The notes beneath the pieces were generated by a model. It was not told the DNA's origin and searched no databases. It saw only the letters and a list, made by a program, of their open reading frames with translations. Below are positions 1 through 9,186 of a DNA stretch of 20,747 bases, one piece after another. Numbering within the stretch: position 1 is the first letter of the stretch; the number at the start of each line of letters is the position of its first letter. Made by a program: the position numbers and the translations under genes. Source of the DNA: a virus (Duplodnaviria > Heunggongvirae > Uroviricota > Caudoviricetes); IMG/VR virus record IMGVR_UViG_2579778622_000016, positions 1-20,747 of that record; one strand, given 5' to 3'.

Positions 1-469
<469 letters not shown>

Positions 470-1873
470 TTGAGAATGCCGCGCACTGTAACACATAATC
501 CGGATAGCCCCAATAATGACGATGTTTTAGCCGCATCTGAAAAATGGGACGCCTGTAAACCCCCCTATACCAGCGCACACATGAAAATCTGTGTTGCTGC
601 CGCCAAAATCATCCTCGCTGCTTCCGGCGTGGCTCGCCGTTCCAAATACGAAAAAGAGAACTATCTCCGTATCGATTTCAGCAAAGCCGGTAAGGTTACA
701 TTTTACGCCGAGTTTCCAAAAAAGATGGGCCTCAAGGGTAAAAAGCTCGGCGAGTGGCCGGAGCTCGCTATCCAGCTGGCGCGCGAAAAAGCGCTAGGTA
801 TGGCTGACGGTGGCTTGCGGGCAGAGTCCGTACATGCAGCGCTGGAAATGTACCGGGATGACCTCAAAGCCAAAGTCGCCCGGCAGAAGCTGAGCCCGGA
901 CAGTTTCACAACCTACGGGGTGCGTATCGACCGGATTAAAGCAACGTTCGGCGAGCGTGAGGTGTTCAGCGACGTAACATACAATCGGCTGGTGGAAGTG
1001 CTGGACGAGTGGATCGCCACTCGCTCGAACAATAACGCCCTGGAGTTGTTTGCCGAGCTCCGTCGGTTCTGGAAGTTCTGCGCACCTACTCTTTGTAACG
1101 GTCGCAATGTTGCTGCCAGTCTGCCAGATGATTATGTTTCCTCCCGCGTACAGAAACCCACCCCCACACGGCTTTTTACCGATATTGAATCAATCGCCCG
1201 ACTCTGGCTCAATGTTGCTGCCTGCACCTCTGTACACCAGAAGAATGCTGTTCGCTTCATGATCATCACTGGTGTTCGTCCGATTAATGTCCATAACCTG
1301 CGCTGGGACTACGTTCACGAGGAGGCTGGTGAAATTGTTTATCCGGAAGGGGTTATCGGCATGCGAGGGGCTATGAAAACACAAAAGGCTTTCCGCCTGC
1401 CGATAACCCCTGAGATCCGGCGGATTATCGACGAGCAGAAAGCCTGGCGTGATTCAGTTCCTGAGTGCAACAGGGATTATGTATTTTTGCAGCCACGTGA
1501 TCCAATGCAGCCATTTTCAAAACGATCACTGGATAAGCTGGTGAAAACATACAGCCCGGACGGGGCTGTAAAAGGAATAAAACATGATGGGACTGTTAAA
1601 GGGAAAGACGGTGCATTTAATACGATGTGCCGTAAATTCCTTAAGAGCAATGTTATTGCCTTGATGAAGGAAAGAGGCTATTCCCGCTCAGACCGAAGGG
1701 AAATCAGCCTCCTTTGCCTTCACCACTCCAGCAAGTCAGATGACCCGATGGCAGAACATTACGACTTTTCTGATGAGATTTTACAGGAAGAGATTGCGTT
1801 GAAGCGCGAAGCTTTCGAGGCTCACGAGCGGAGCATACTTGCGCAGGTGGCATTGCTACGGCGGCGAGGTTAA
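470..1873 (+). CDS. int: Tyrosine-type site-specific integrase
   Basis: 467-aa ORF, SD AAGGA about 7 nt upstream. Tyrosine-recombinase-like C-terminal half (box-I-like VRPINVHNLRWDYV, Lys in MKTQKAFRLP, C-terminal LHH...AEHYD with candidate catalytic Tyr). Sits at the element edge next to an Xis/AlpA-like gene. Confidence 0.75.
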   Translation: MRMPRTVTHNPDSPNNDDVLAASEKWDACKPPYTSAHMKICVAAAKIILAASGVARRSKYEKENYLRIDFSKAGKVTFYAEFPKKMGLKGKKLGEWPELAIQLAREKALGMADGGLRAESVHAALEMYRDDLKAKVARQKLSPDSFTTYGVRIDRIKATFGEREVFSDVTYNRLVEVLDEWIATRSNNNALELFAELRRFWKFCAPTLCNGRNVAASLPDDYVSSRVQKPTPTRLFTDIESIARLWLNVAACTSVHQKNAVRFMIITGVRPINVHNLRWDYVHEEAGEIVYPEGVIGMRGAMKTQKAFRLPITPEIRRIIDEQKAWRDSVPECNRDYVFLQPRDPMQPFSKRSLDKLVKTYSPDGAVKGIKHDGTVKGKDGAFNTMCRKFLKSNVIALMKERGYSRSDRREISLLCLHHSSKSDDPMAEHYDFSDEILQEEIALKREAFEAHERSILAQVALLRRRG

Positions 1874-2070
1874 TACTGGCTGCGACATTTTTGAATAAAA
1901 GCGTCGATATTTCGGCGCTCATAACGAACTACTTTTGCACTGAAACGAATTGGTGCCAGGATAGCCCGATGACGATGCTTAATATTCCACTCACATAGCG
2001 TTTTCTGTGTAATACCTAACTTTTGGCATACTTCATCCGGGGTGAGTAAATCGTCGGGTTTCTCGCTCAT
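1870..2070 (-). CDS. AlpA/Xis-family small HTH DNA-binding protein (putative excisionase or regulator)
   Basis: 66-aa ORF, SD GAGAGG 6 nt upstream. LLTPDEVCQKLGITQKTLCEW pattern typical of AlpA/excisionase HTH. Start overlaps the helicase stop (ATGA); stop shares a TTAA with the int stop. Confidence 0.55.
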   Translation of the reverse strand: MSEKPDDLLTPDEVCQKLGITQKTLCEWNIKHRHRAILAPIRFSAKVVRYERRNIDAFIQKCRSQY

Positions 2071-3467
2071 GCTATACCTCTCTTTTTCATGGCATCGAGC
2101 AGGATGTCCTGCACTGTTCGTTTTGAGTTGCGCCGCTCCATCACCATTTCATCCATAGTGTCGGCAGCAATAATGTGGTGAATAAATACCGGACGATTGT
2201 GTCCGGCCTGTATCTGCCTGGTGGGGCCGATACGTTCAATAATTTGCTGATATTGCTCCAGGTCCCACCAGTGTGAGAAAAATACCAGTATATTTCCGCC
2301 GTCCTGCATGTTCAGGCCGTGGCCCGCGCTGGCTGGGTGTGCAAAGAGAACAGGAATCTTTCCGGAATTCCAGTCGCGCAGTGTCTTTGGATCCTGGTCG
2401 AGGTGACGACCGCGAGGGAATGCTTTAAGCAAGCGTTCAAGATCGTGTTTCCAGTGATAAGCAACCAGCACAGGTGCGCCAGCTGCTTCGGTCAGTATGC
2501 TGTCCAGCGCCTGCAGTTTGGTGTCATGCAGTTCTGACCAACTTCCGGTGTCGTCTGTGTATACTGCGCCACTGGCGATTTGCAGACACTTCAGTGTCTT
2601 TGCCGCGGCGTTTGGTGCTTCGATGCCTTCGCCATTCAGCTCGAGGAACATTTCCTTTTCCATTTCACGATACTGCTGACGGGCCTTCGGCGGCATATCC
2701 ACGCGGATTACGTTATGGATGGGGTCTTTGATATCGAACCAGTCGGCCGCATCCAGCGAGAGGGTTACATCGGCTAACGCTCGCTGTATTTCACCCTGTG
2801 AGTGAGCAAAAGGCTCCAGTTTAGTCCAGCTCTGTCCCGGAAACTGTATCGAGTTGAACCAGCGTGAGGTAAACGCGCCATAAGTGCGCCCGAGACGTTG
2901 CCCTTGGTCCACAAACCACGATTGTCCCCACAAATCTACCAGGCCGTTCGGTGCTGGCGTACCGGTGAGATTTATCCAGCGCCGGACATACTTATGCGCC
3001 ACTTTGCCCAGCGCCGCCGCGCGCTTACCACCACCTCGCAGCCGGAAGGATTTTAGCCGGGTGCTTTCATCTGGAATGACAGTACCGAACGGCCATCGTT
3101 CTCCCAATTCCTCAACCAGCCAGACAAGGTTATCGTAGTTGATGGTGAACACGCTCGCGTTGCTGTTCGCCAGCGCTGTAGAGCGCGCTTTGGCATTACC
3201 AACAATCGGCTGCACCTCGATATTGCGCAAATGCCCCCACTTCACTGCTTCATCCGGCCATGTGCTGGCAGCCACGCGCAGCGGCGCGAGGACCAGTACG
3301 GGGCGTGTTTCTGCCCCTGCCATAAAAAGATCTTCCAGCGCAGTGAGCGTTGCCACGGTTTTACCCATTCCCATACCTGCCCAGATGTTGCAGCGCATAA
3401 TGTCGACTTGATGATTGATGATGAGATCTTGGTAGGGACGGGGGCTGAATAGTTTAGAAGGGGTCAT
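2067..3467 (-). CDS. SNF2-family (DEAD/DEAH-box) helicase
   Basis: 466-aa ORF with Walker A GMGKT and DExx-type IPDESTRL; C-terminal helicase domain. Typical partner of VRR-NUC and family-A polymerase in phage replication modules. Confidence 0.85.
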   Translation of the reverse strand: MTPSKLFSPRPYQDLIINHQVDIMRCNIWAGMGMGKTVATLTALEDLFMAGAETRPVLVLAPLRVAASTWPDEAVKWGHLRNIEVQPIVGNAKARSTALANSNASVFTINYDNLVWLVEELGERWPFGTVIPDESTRLKSFRLRGGGKRAAALGKVAHKYVRRWINLTGTPAPNGLVDLWGQSWFVDQGQRLGRTYGAFTSRWFNSIQFPGQSWTKLEPFAHSQGEIQRALADVTLSLDAADWFDIKDPIHNVIRVDMPPKARQQYREMEKEMFLELNGEGIEAPNAAAKTLKCLQIASGAVYTDDTGSWSELHDTKLQALDSILTEAAGAPVLVAYHWKHDLERLLKAFPRGRHLDQDPKTLRDWNSGKIPVLFAHPASAGHGLNMQDGGNILVFFSHWWDLEQYQQIIERIGPTRQIQAGHNRPVFIHHIIAADTMDEMVMERRNSKRTVQDILLDAMKKRGIA

Positions 3468-3751
3468 TAAGCCCCCTCTAGGTCAACATTGGGAAGCTTA
3501 TAGTCTGGTATGGTTTCATCCAATACCCTGGCGATAAAGTCATCTTTAGGGTAATAAATTACCGCTCCGAATTCTTCGCTTAAATAGTGACTTGAAGTAG
3601 CTGCGTTAGTATCGTTATCCCACGTTACAGGAACCAGACCTGTATGATCTTGTTTCCACGCAATAATAGGGTGGACCGTGTAAAGTGAACCATCATCGTT
3701 ATAAAGCACAACCCACCAACCGGGTTGAGCCGGCATATAATTATCCATCAC
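3467..3751 (-). CDS. Hypothetical phage protein (94 aa)
   Basis: ORF with GTG (3751) / ATG (3748) start behind SD GGAGGGG; stop overlaps the helicase start (TAATG). No recognisable motif. Confidence 0.5.
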   Translation of the reverse strand: MMDNYMPAQPGWWVVLYNDDGSLYTVHPIIAWKQDHTGLVPVTWDNDTNAATSSHYLSEEFGAVIYYPKDDFIARVLDETIPDYKLPNVDLEGA

Positions 3752-3775
3752 AATATCCCCTCCAGATTTTAGCTA
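3748..3775. repeat. Copy 1 of a 28-bp direct repeat (TCACAATATCCCCTCCAGATTTT-N-GCTA) carrying an SD and GTG start
   Basis: 27 of 28 positions identical to 5366-5393 (the first 23 bp are perfect); in both copies the repeat supplies the RBS and GTG of a minus-strand gene. Confidence 0.7.
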
Positions 3776-3806
3776 GCAGGGCGCGGGGTAATCCCGCGCA
3801 ATAATG

Positions 3807-4556
3807 TCAGATTAGATCGGTGTAGTAGGTGAAGTTGCCAAACTGCGGATGTGTCCAGCGCTTGCGGTTACCTTTCGGTGGTGTCGATTCGTTTAACAGC
3901 TTTTGAGCTGCTTGTTCGATCTCCGGAAGGTTAACGAGCAATCCCCGAACGCCGGTGTCTGAACGTACTGGTATCCTGGCGAAGCCGATCAATTTCCGGC
4001 ATGTTGAATCAGATAAACCTGTTTTCCATGCTGCTTTGCTGACGGGGACATATTCACCTTCAACATTAGATAAATTCGCTGGTGCGGCTGGTTGAAAATA
4101 GCCAGTTGCATCAAGACAGGCTTTCATTGTTGCTTCTGCTACGACGCGAGCAAGCTGGACGATGCCGTCGTTGATCTGAATTTTGGGTGTGGAAGGATGG
4201 GTAACAAGCGGTTGTACTTTACCTGTTTCCAGCTCACGCCAGCGCTTAACTACTTTATACCGGTCGTGGGCGCTATAACCAGTTACAAGCGTTGTGGAAA
4301 GGTCCTGATCGAGTAGTATTTCATCAATGACTTCGCGACCATTATAGACCTTCCTTTTGACTAAAAAGTCTTTATTTTCATGATGGTACATTTCTGTACT
4401 ATGAAAACCTAACTGCTCAAGAAGTGCTTTAATATCGCGCACGACTATTTTATGTTCTTTGCCGGTAAGTTCTGCAATCTCGCGACTGCTCATCATCGGT
4501 TGCTTACCAGTGCCTGCTAGTGTTAAAGTTGTTTCGAACATTGAAGTATTCTCCAT
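3807..4556 (-). CDS. Rha-family phage regulatory protein (antirepressor-like)
   Basis: N-terminal MSSREIAELTGKEHKIVVRDIKALLEQLG matches the Rha (Phage_pRha) signature as I remember it. The first ATG (4556) lacks an SD; the ATG at 4541 (GGAG upstream) may be the true start. Confidence 0.7.
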   Translation of the reverse strand: MENTSMFETTLTLAGTGKQPMMSSREIAELTGKEHKIVVRDIKALLEQLGFHSTEMYHHENKDFLVKRKVYNGREVIDEILLDQDLSTTLVTGYSAHDRYKVVKRWRELETGKVQPLVTHPSTPKIQINDGIVQLARVVAEATMKACLDATGYFQPAAPANLSNVEGEYVPVSKAAWKTGLSDSTCRKLIGFARIPVRSDTGVRGLLVNLPEIEQAAQKLLNESTPPKGNRKRWTHPQFGNFTYYTDLI

Positions 4557-4601
4557 TTAATAAAAGATGCGCTGGTAGCTGCAACTATCAGCGCGTTTTA
4601 T

Positions 4602-4778
4602 TTATTCATCCCACGGCTTGTTTGCAGCTTCCCTTGCAGCCTGCTGCGCAAAATAAATCAATTCAAAAGCTAACTGCTCTCCTTTCTCCAGCGAACTGAG
4701 AAGCCTTGCTGTTTCCAGCATGTCCGCGATATACCCGAAAATATCTGCCTGATGTAACTGCGTGATCTGAATAGCCAT
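4602..4778 (-). CDS. Small hypothetical protein (58 aa), not in the supplied ORF track
   Basis: Translated by hand: MAIQITQLHQADIFGYIADMLETARLLSSLEKGEQLAFELIYFAQQAAREAANKPWDE. SD GAGG about 9 nt upstream; first gene leftward of the divergent promoter/operator region. Confidence 0.35.
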   Translation of the reverse strand: MAIQITQLHQADIFGYIADMLETARLLSSLEKGEQLAFELIYFAQQAAREAANKPWDE

Positions 4779-4798
4779 AGCGTTAACCTCGTTTAGTT

Positions 4799-4877
4799 CT
4801 CATTGTGAGGACTAGATTTATTAGTACTCACAATGAGGCTTGAAGTCAACATGTTTGTGAGGCATGTTGTTCTCACA
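4799..4877. promoter_or_regulatory. Divergent promoter region with two palindromic operators (TGTGAG / CTCACA half-sites)
   Basis: Perfect 11-bp inverted repeat CTCATTGTGAG (4799-4809) / CTCACAATGAG (4827-4837), and a second pair TGTGAG (4856-4861) / CTCACA (4872-4877), just upstream of the RHH gene start at 4895. Confidence 0.5.
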
Positions 4878-4894
4878 CTTTCAAGGGATCATAT

Positions 4895-5224
4895 ATGAGC
4901 AAAAGAGACGACCCGCAGTTGAGGGTACGCATACCAGAATTACTAAAAGAGGCTTTGGAGAAGAAAGCACGAGCTAATAAGAGAACACTGACCTCTGAGA
5001 TCGTTAGCAGGTTGGAATCTACTATTCTTCAGGACAAATTACTTCATACATCTAGGGGGTTTGAGGAAGCTGCTGATGAGATTCTCATACTCAGGGATCT
5101 TCTCGAGAAACTTAAGACAACGTACCATCGAGAGCATCAGGCCGAATGGGTTTATGAAAACAAATACGAGCTTATTGAGGCGATGGAAAAACTTAAGAAG
5201 TTGCTAAATCCTGAGAATGAATAG
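4895..5224 (+). CDS. Arc/Mnt-type ribbon-helix-helix repressor with C-terminal coiled-coil (Mnt-like)
   Basis: 109 aa; N-terminal RVRIPELLKEALEKKARANKRTLTSEIVSRLE is a classic Arc-like RHH pattern; C-terminal heptad-like region. SD AAGGGA upstream. Confidence 0.7.
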   Translation: MSKRDDPQLRVRIPELLKEALEKKARANKRTLTSEIVSRLESTILQDKLLHTSRGFEEAADEILILRDLLEKLKTTYHREHQAEWVYENKYELIEAMEKLKKLLNPENE

Positions 5225-5369
5225 TGGATTCATCCTCTAAACTTTTACGTAACCGCCGGGTGATTTCGGCGGTTAGTGTTCTGTCGTTTTCTCTGGAAAT
5301 TTTTTCCAGTGCGTCTTTCAAGTCTTGCGGGATGCGTACCCGCAATTGTGGGTCATCACGTTTACTCAC
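5193..5369 (-). CDS. Arc-like ribbon-helix-helix protein (58 aa), paralogue of the 4895..5224 product
   Basis: Hand translation from GTG: (M)SKRDDPQLRVRIPQDLKDALEKISRENDRTLTAEITRRLRKSLEDESTIHSQDLATS; first 14 residues identical to the plus-strand RHH. SD GGAGGGG; GTG overlaps the VRR-NUC stop (GTGA). Not in the ORF track (under 60 aa). Confidence 0.55.
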   Translation of the reverse strand: MSKRDDPQLRVRIPQDLKDALEKISRENDRTLTAEITRRLRKSLEDESTIHSQDLATS

Positions 5370-5393
5370 AATATCCCCTCCAGATTTTTGCTA
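5366..5393. repeat. Copy 2 of the 28-bp direct repeat (see 3748..3775)
   Basis: 27 of 28 positions identical to 3748-3775; lies at the VRR-NUC 3' end and supplies the SD/GTG of the Arc-like gene. Confidence 0.7.
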
Positions 5394-5635
5394 TCCAGCA
5401 CCACCACGGTAAAGCCCAGTTTTCGCAGACGTTCATGTTCGCGCAACTGGTCGGCGCGTGGTGCTTTGCCGGGTGCTTTGCATTCAACGAAAACAAGACG
5501 GCCGCCGGGTAGCAGAACAATGCGATCCGGTACCGAGCGGCGACCGGGAGATACGAACTTAAAGGCCACACCGCCAGCCTTTTTTACTTCAGCGACGAGG
5601 TGCTTTTCGATTAGGTTTTCACGTTCATAGGCCAT
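5366..5635 (-). CDS. VRR-NUC domain nuclease (PD-(D/E)xK fold)
   Basis: 89 aa; PDRIVLLPGGRLVFVECK matches the VRR-NUC D...ExK core. Confidence 0.8.
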   Translation of the reverse strand: MAYERENLIEKHLVAEVKKAGGVAFKFVSPGRRSVPDRIVLLPGGRLVFVECKAPGKAPRADQLREHERLRKLGFTVVVLDSKNLEGIL

Positions 5636-5829
5636 TAGCTTTCTCCTTTCTGCTTTTTGCGTTTCTTCATGCAGATAGCGCAGTTCTCAGGATGGTCATG
5701 CCATTCATCAATCCTGATACCTGTGAACATCCATTTTCCGCATAGTGATATGGCTTCCCCCGAATTAAAGAAATGTGCTTTTTTTGACAGAGCGGGGAAC
5801 CCCCAACCCTTATTATCGATATTAGACAT
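5635..5829 (-). CDS. Hypothetical Cys/His-containing small protein (64 aa)
   Basis: ORF coupled to the VRR-NUC start; CGKW...HDHPENCAIC suggests a small metal-binding element; basic C-terminal tail. Confidence 0.45.
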   Translation of the reverse strand: MSNIDNKGWGFPALSKKAHFFNSGEAISLCGKWMFTGIRIDEWHDHPENCAICMKKRKKQKGES

Positions 5830-5865
5830 CGTCCACCTCCTTACGCTTTTCGCGCATGTTCTGCA

Positions 5866-6000
5866 TCAGACAAAAATCAAACCGACGTTCGCTTTGGCCC
5901 AGACCTGCATCGCCCGGTCGTACCCGCCGGACTGTTCAAGGCGCAAAGCCTCCCGCACAGTCCGGTAGTAAAGTAGATTGTCCCGGTATTTAAATGACAT
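5866..6000 (-). CDS. Small hypothetical protein (44 aa), not in the ORF track
   Basis: Hand translation MSFKYRDNLLYYRTVREALRLEQSGGYDRAMQVWAKANVGLIFV; lies directly downstream of an intrinsic terminator, so its expression context is unclear. Confidence 0.3.
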   Translation of the reverse strand: MSFKYRDNLLYYRTVREALRLEQSGGYDRAMQVWAKANVGLIFV

Positions 6001-6015
6001 ATATTTCGATTCCTG

Positions 6016-6041
6016 TAAAAAGCCCCTGACTGAGCAGGGGC
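6016..6041 (-). terminator. Rho-independent terminator (minus strand) downstream of the Bro-N gene
   Basis: Stem GCCCCTG (6022-6028) / CAGGGGC (6035-6041) with a 6-nt loop; the A-run at 6016-6021 on the plus strand is a U-run on the minus-strand RNA. Confidence 0.6.
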
Positions 6042-6052
6042 GAATTGAAGGA

Positions 6053-6817
6053 TTAACGAGGTAAAGTGGGGGGAGTATATCTGCCGATGCGGTCTTCTAT
6101 GGTCGGCAGAATGCACATGCTGTCGCTGAAGCGGTCATGCAACTGGTAAACCAGTTTCGAATCCATTTTTTCGAGAGCAGGCATTAACTGCGCTCGCCAG
6201 ATTTCGTTGATGCGCCGGAAGTTGTGACAGACGGCGCGGAGATTGTTGATGAACATTTCCTTCTCTGCGTCATTGATTGCTGTCTGAGCTTTCTGAATGC
6301 GTTTCGTGCTGCCATTCCGGTAGAAGCGTTCCTGAGCAGCAACAGCCTCATCCACGGTTGGATAGCACCCTACGTAAACGCTCTTCTCTCCGTCCCATGC
6401 ATAAGCCCTGTACGGATTGTATTTGCTCCGGTGATGGTAAATCATCTTCGGCAGACATTCCCTGTGCGGCGCCAGTATCGTGGAGGACTGCGGAACAGCG
6501 GTTTCTTTCTCGATAAGGTCAAGCACCCAACGGCGGAATTCTTTTGCTACTGGCGTTGTTGCGAACATCGCTACCAGGTGGGCACCGCGGAGGGAGAAAA
6601 TGCGGCGCGAGGCCTGTAAATTCCCCAAGGTAACCATTTTGATTACCTCGGACATGCCGAGAGTGAACTCATCCGTGTTGCGGGTGTAAATGTTAGTTAC
6701 GCTGCGAGCATCAGAATATTCTAGCGCGGTAGCCAGGGTAGCCGCAGTAAACCACTGCTTGCCGTTGTGTTCGACCGTTTCGAGAATGTGGGATTTGAAG
6801 ATGAGTTGAGTACTCAT
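6053..6817 (-). CDS. Bro-N domain protein (phage antirepressor family)
   Basis: 254 aa; N-terminal FTAATLATALEY...NLQASRRIFSLRGAHLVAMFATTPVAKEFRRWVLD fits the Bro-N pattern. SD AAGGA upstream; terminator-like hairpins on both sides. Confidence 0.75.
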   Translation of the reverse strand: MSTQLIFKSHILETVEHNGKQWFTAATLATALEYSDARSVTNIYTRNTDEFTLGMSEVIKMVTLGNLQASRRIFSLRGAHLVAMFATTPVAKEFRRWVLDLIEKETAVPQSSTILAPHRECLPKMIYHHRSKYNPYRAYAWDGEKSVYVGCYPTVDEAVAAQERFYRNGSTKRIQKAQTAINDAEKEMFINNLRAVCHNFRRINEIWRAQLMPALEKMDSKLVYQLHDRFSDSMCILPTIEDRIGRYTPPTLPR

Positions 6818-6967
6818 AGTCTTATGTCCTTGCTGATTTGTTCAGATTGCCCTGTGTTCAGCAGGGCGGTCGGGTACTTGAACACCGCAGCAAGCCGGCC
6901 CGTATCCTTAGCCTTGCGGCTGTTTTTCGGTATACGCGCTACCCGACCATATCTGAAAAATGGACAT

Positions 6968-6997
6968 AAAAAAAATCCGCATGACTGACGGGTGCGG
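6968..6997 (-). terminator. Rho-independent terminator (minus strand) downstream of the DNA polymerase gene
   Basis: Stem CCGCA (6977-6981) / TGCGG (6993-6997) with an 11-nt loop; on the minus-strand RNA it is followed by U8 (plus-strand A-run 6968-6975). Confidence 0.55.
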
Positions 6998-7061
6998 TTT
7001 CCGCTTGCTGTGGTGTGTTCAGCACCATGAAGCGGAATATACCTATTGGTCATCGCGGATG

Positions 7062-9125
7062 TCAATCTTTCCGGTATCTGTAAGATTCGAATCCTCCGGC
7101 GTTTAGTGGAATGCTCGTGGCCCAGTCAGGAACGGTTGCCAGTAACTGGCTGAGATGTTCTGCTGAGTAATCGGGTGAGTCAGGGGCCTCACTTATAATT
7201 TCATCGTGTACCGTCAGCACAATGCTGTAACCGGCATCTTCGATAAGCGGCATGTTTCCGGCCAGAACGTCGCGGGCGGCCGCCTGGGTGACGTTCTCTA
7301 CCAGCTTTCCGCCGTAGGTTTTGAGTCGTTGCCATTTACGCGAATAAGAGTTAACACCCATATAGGTGATATCCCCTTTTTCGATAACCGGAGACGGGTA
7401 GCATACAGCGCGTCCAGATGGCAGCTGTATGCGCAGCCACGCGCCATCACGTTGAATTTTAAGATAGCCGCAATACAATGTTTTTTGCGGTGTGGCGATT
7501 GCTGTGCGGACAGTGCGCTCCAGCTCGTACCAGAAATCGCAGGTAGCCGGGTGCGCCCTGCGCCACAGGCGCTTGAGCGAGTCACATGCGATGAATACAC
7601 GCTCGGACAGGCCAAAGGTCGACTTACGTTTAACCGATTCGTCGTACCAGCTTTTCGCCTCGCGGATAACATCGCGGGGAATGTTTGGCAGTGCGGCGTT
7701 CGCCAGCTCGTCGAGATCGAGACCGTAAACCAGAGCAAAAGTGATGAAAGCCGATACACCACCTCCATAACCCAGACCGAGTTCCATGACTTTACCGATC
7801 TGACGCATGTGTTTATCAACATCATCTGGTGCAATATCGAAAGCTTTTGCATACGCCAGTTTATATAAGTCCGGACCCGTTCCGGCGTCGTACTCTCTGA
7901 ATGCATTCAGTTTCCATTCCTCTCCCGCCAGCCATGCCAGCATACGGCCTTCAATGTTTGACAAGTCACTTACCACCAGTTTTTTGCCTGTTGGCGCGAT
8001 AATGCAGCCACGTAACGCTGAACTGGTTAGTTCCATGATATTGTCAAACAGCAGGTCTGCACATCCGGCTTTCAGTGCTTCGATGCCTTCGTCTATTTGT
8101 TCCTGTTTTAGTGAAGGGCGGGGAAGGTTCTGGGGCTGGAATAGCCGTCCGGCCCAACGACCGGTACGTGACGCCCCGCAGAACTGTAGCGTACCGCGTA
8201 AGCGCCCGTCGTGGCTTACGCCTTTCATTAGTGCCTTGTATTTACTGGTGCTGGTAGTACTGGCCTGCAGGCGGATAGCCAGCAGTTCTTTCACGGCAGA
8301 TGGTAAATTGGGGTCGGCAATACGACGTTCCAGAGTACTGCGTTGCATGTGTGGTAGCTCCACACCGTAGGATTCAACAATGTGCTTAATCAACGCGTCT
8401 CGTTGTGTGGCTGCCTGCACTTCGCCATCAGTCATTTCCTGTGTACGCTTTGCCAGGCGCTTTTGCTCCTGGTCTACCGCTTCGATCGCAGCGCGCGCGA
8501 GTTGCATGTCCATGCAGACGCCCCGGTCGTTGATCTGCTGATCACGATGCCAGAGCGCCAGCTCTGTCCCCTGATAATTCCACTTCGGCAGACGTTTATA
8601 GACTTCGCGCATTGCCTCGATATCCAGTCCGGCGTAAGCAACAAAGCGCCGCCATTCTTCCGGGTGGGTTTTGCTGGTGGCACGGCGCAGTTTGCTATTT
8701 TTCGGACGTGGCTTACAGAACAGCTGGATCAGCGCCTTACCTTCTTTGTCCTTCGCTTTGTCTTGCGGGACGCCTAGTACTTCGCAGAGTTCCCCCAGAG
8801 ACCCCGGGAGACCGTGCGCCAGCGCCTGCACCATCGTGTCGCGCCAACGTTCGACTGGCGGTGCCAGTCGCGGCATTGCATAACGCAGAACGGTGCGGTC
8901 GAAGTGAGAGTTATGGAAATAAAGCAGGGTTTCAGGGTCTGCGATTGCTTCGTATAAGCCGTGTGGAATACCACCACCGGCAGTGATATCCCACACGTTT
9001 ACTGGCCCGTCGTTGATAGCCCATGCGAAAAGCATCACTTCAACGCCTTCGGCATACGCATGGGTACCGTTGTTGATCGGAATGTCACAATAGGTTTCCA
9101 GGTCGCCCCATAGTATATTGGACAT
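7062..9125 (-). CDS. Family-A DNA polymerase with 3'-5' exonuclease domain
   Basis: 687 aa; Exo I GDLETY, motif [13 protein letters not shown], motif [13 protein letters not shown], motif C VHDE. SD GAGGA 6 nt upstream. Confidence 0.9.
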   Translation of the reverse strand: MSNILWGDLETYCDIPINNGTHAYAEGVEVMLFAWAINDGPVNVWDITAGGGIPHGLYEAIADPETLLYFHNSHFDRTVLRYAMPRLAPPVERWRDTMVQALAHGLPGSLGELCEVLGVPQDKAKDKEGKALIQLFCKPRPKNSKLRRATSKTHPEEWRRFVAYAGLDIEAMREVYKRLPKWNYQGTELALWHRDQQINDRGVCMDMQLARAAIEAVDQEQKRLAKRTQEMTDGEVQAATQRDALIKHIVESYGVELPHMQRSTLERRIADPNLPSAVKELLAIRLQASTTSTSKYKALMKGVSHDGRLRGTLQFCGASRTGRWAGRLFQPQNLPRPSLKQEQIDEGIEALKAGCADLLFDNIMELTSSALRGCIIAPTGKKLVVSDLSNIEGRMLAWLAGEEWKLNAFREYDAGTGPDLYKLAYAKAFDIAPDDVDKHMRQIGKVMELGLGYGGGVSAFITFALVYGLDLDELANAALPNIPRDVIREAKSWYDESVKRKSTFGLSERVFIACDSLKRLWRRAHPATCDFWYELERTVRTAIATPQKTLYCGYLKIQRDGAWLRIQLPSGRAVCYPSPVIEKGDITYMGVNSYSRKWQRLKTYGGKLVENVTQAAARDVLAGNMPLIEDAGYSIVLTVHDEIISEAPDSPDYSAEHLSQLLATVPDWATSIPLNAGGFESYRYRKD

Positions 9126-9186
9126 AAAATATCCTCATATGGTATATGGTTAAATGCTAGATATCATGAATTAAAGGAGACAACTA
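9126..9186. promoter_or_regulatory. 61-bp divergent intergenic region with tandem TATGGTA/TATGGTT (operator-like) and both RBSs
   Basis: TATGGTATATGGTT at 9138-9151 resembles the TATGGT/ACCATA motifs found next to the CI-like repressor gene; flanked by the PolA start (minus) and the 9187 gene start (plus). Confidence 0.35.

Noticed and set aside
5224-5630. Plus-strand ORFs 5224..5412, 5276..5512 and 5325..5630
   Set aside because: They overlap the Arc-like and VRR-NUC genes on the opposite strand and lack RBSs and motifs; the minus-strand genes have SDs and translational coupling.
7206-8986. Many plus-strand and alternative-frame ORFs inside the DNA polymerase gene (for example 7206..7868, 7807..8370, 8382..8777, 8612..8986)
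   Set aside because: Shadow ORFs typical of a long GC-rich gene; the polymerase frame has clear catalytic motifs and the others have none.
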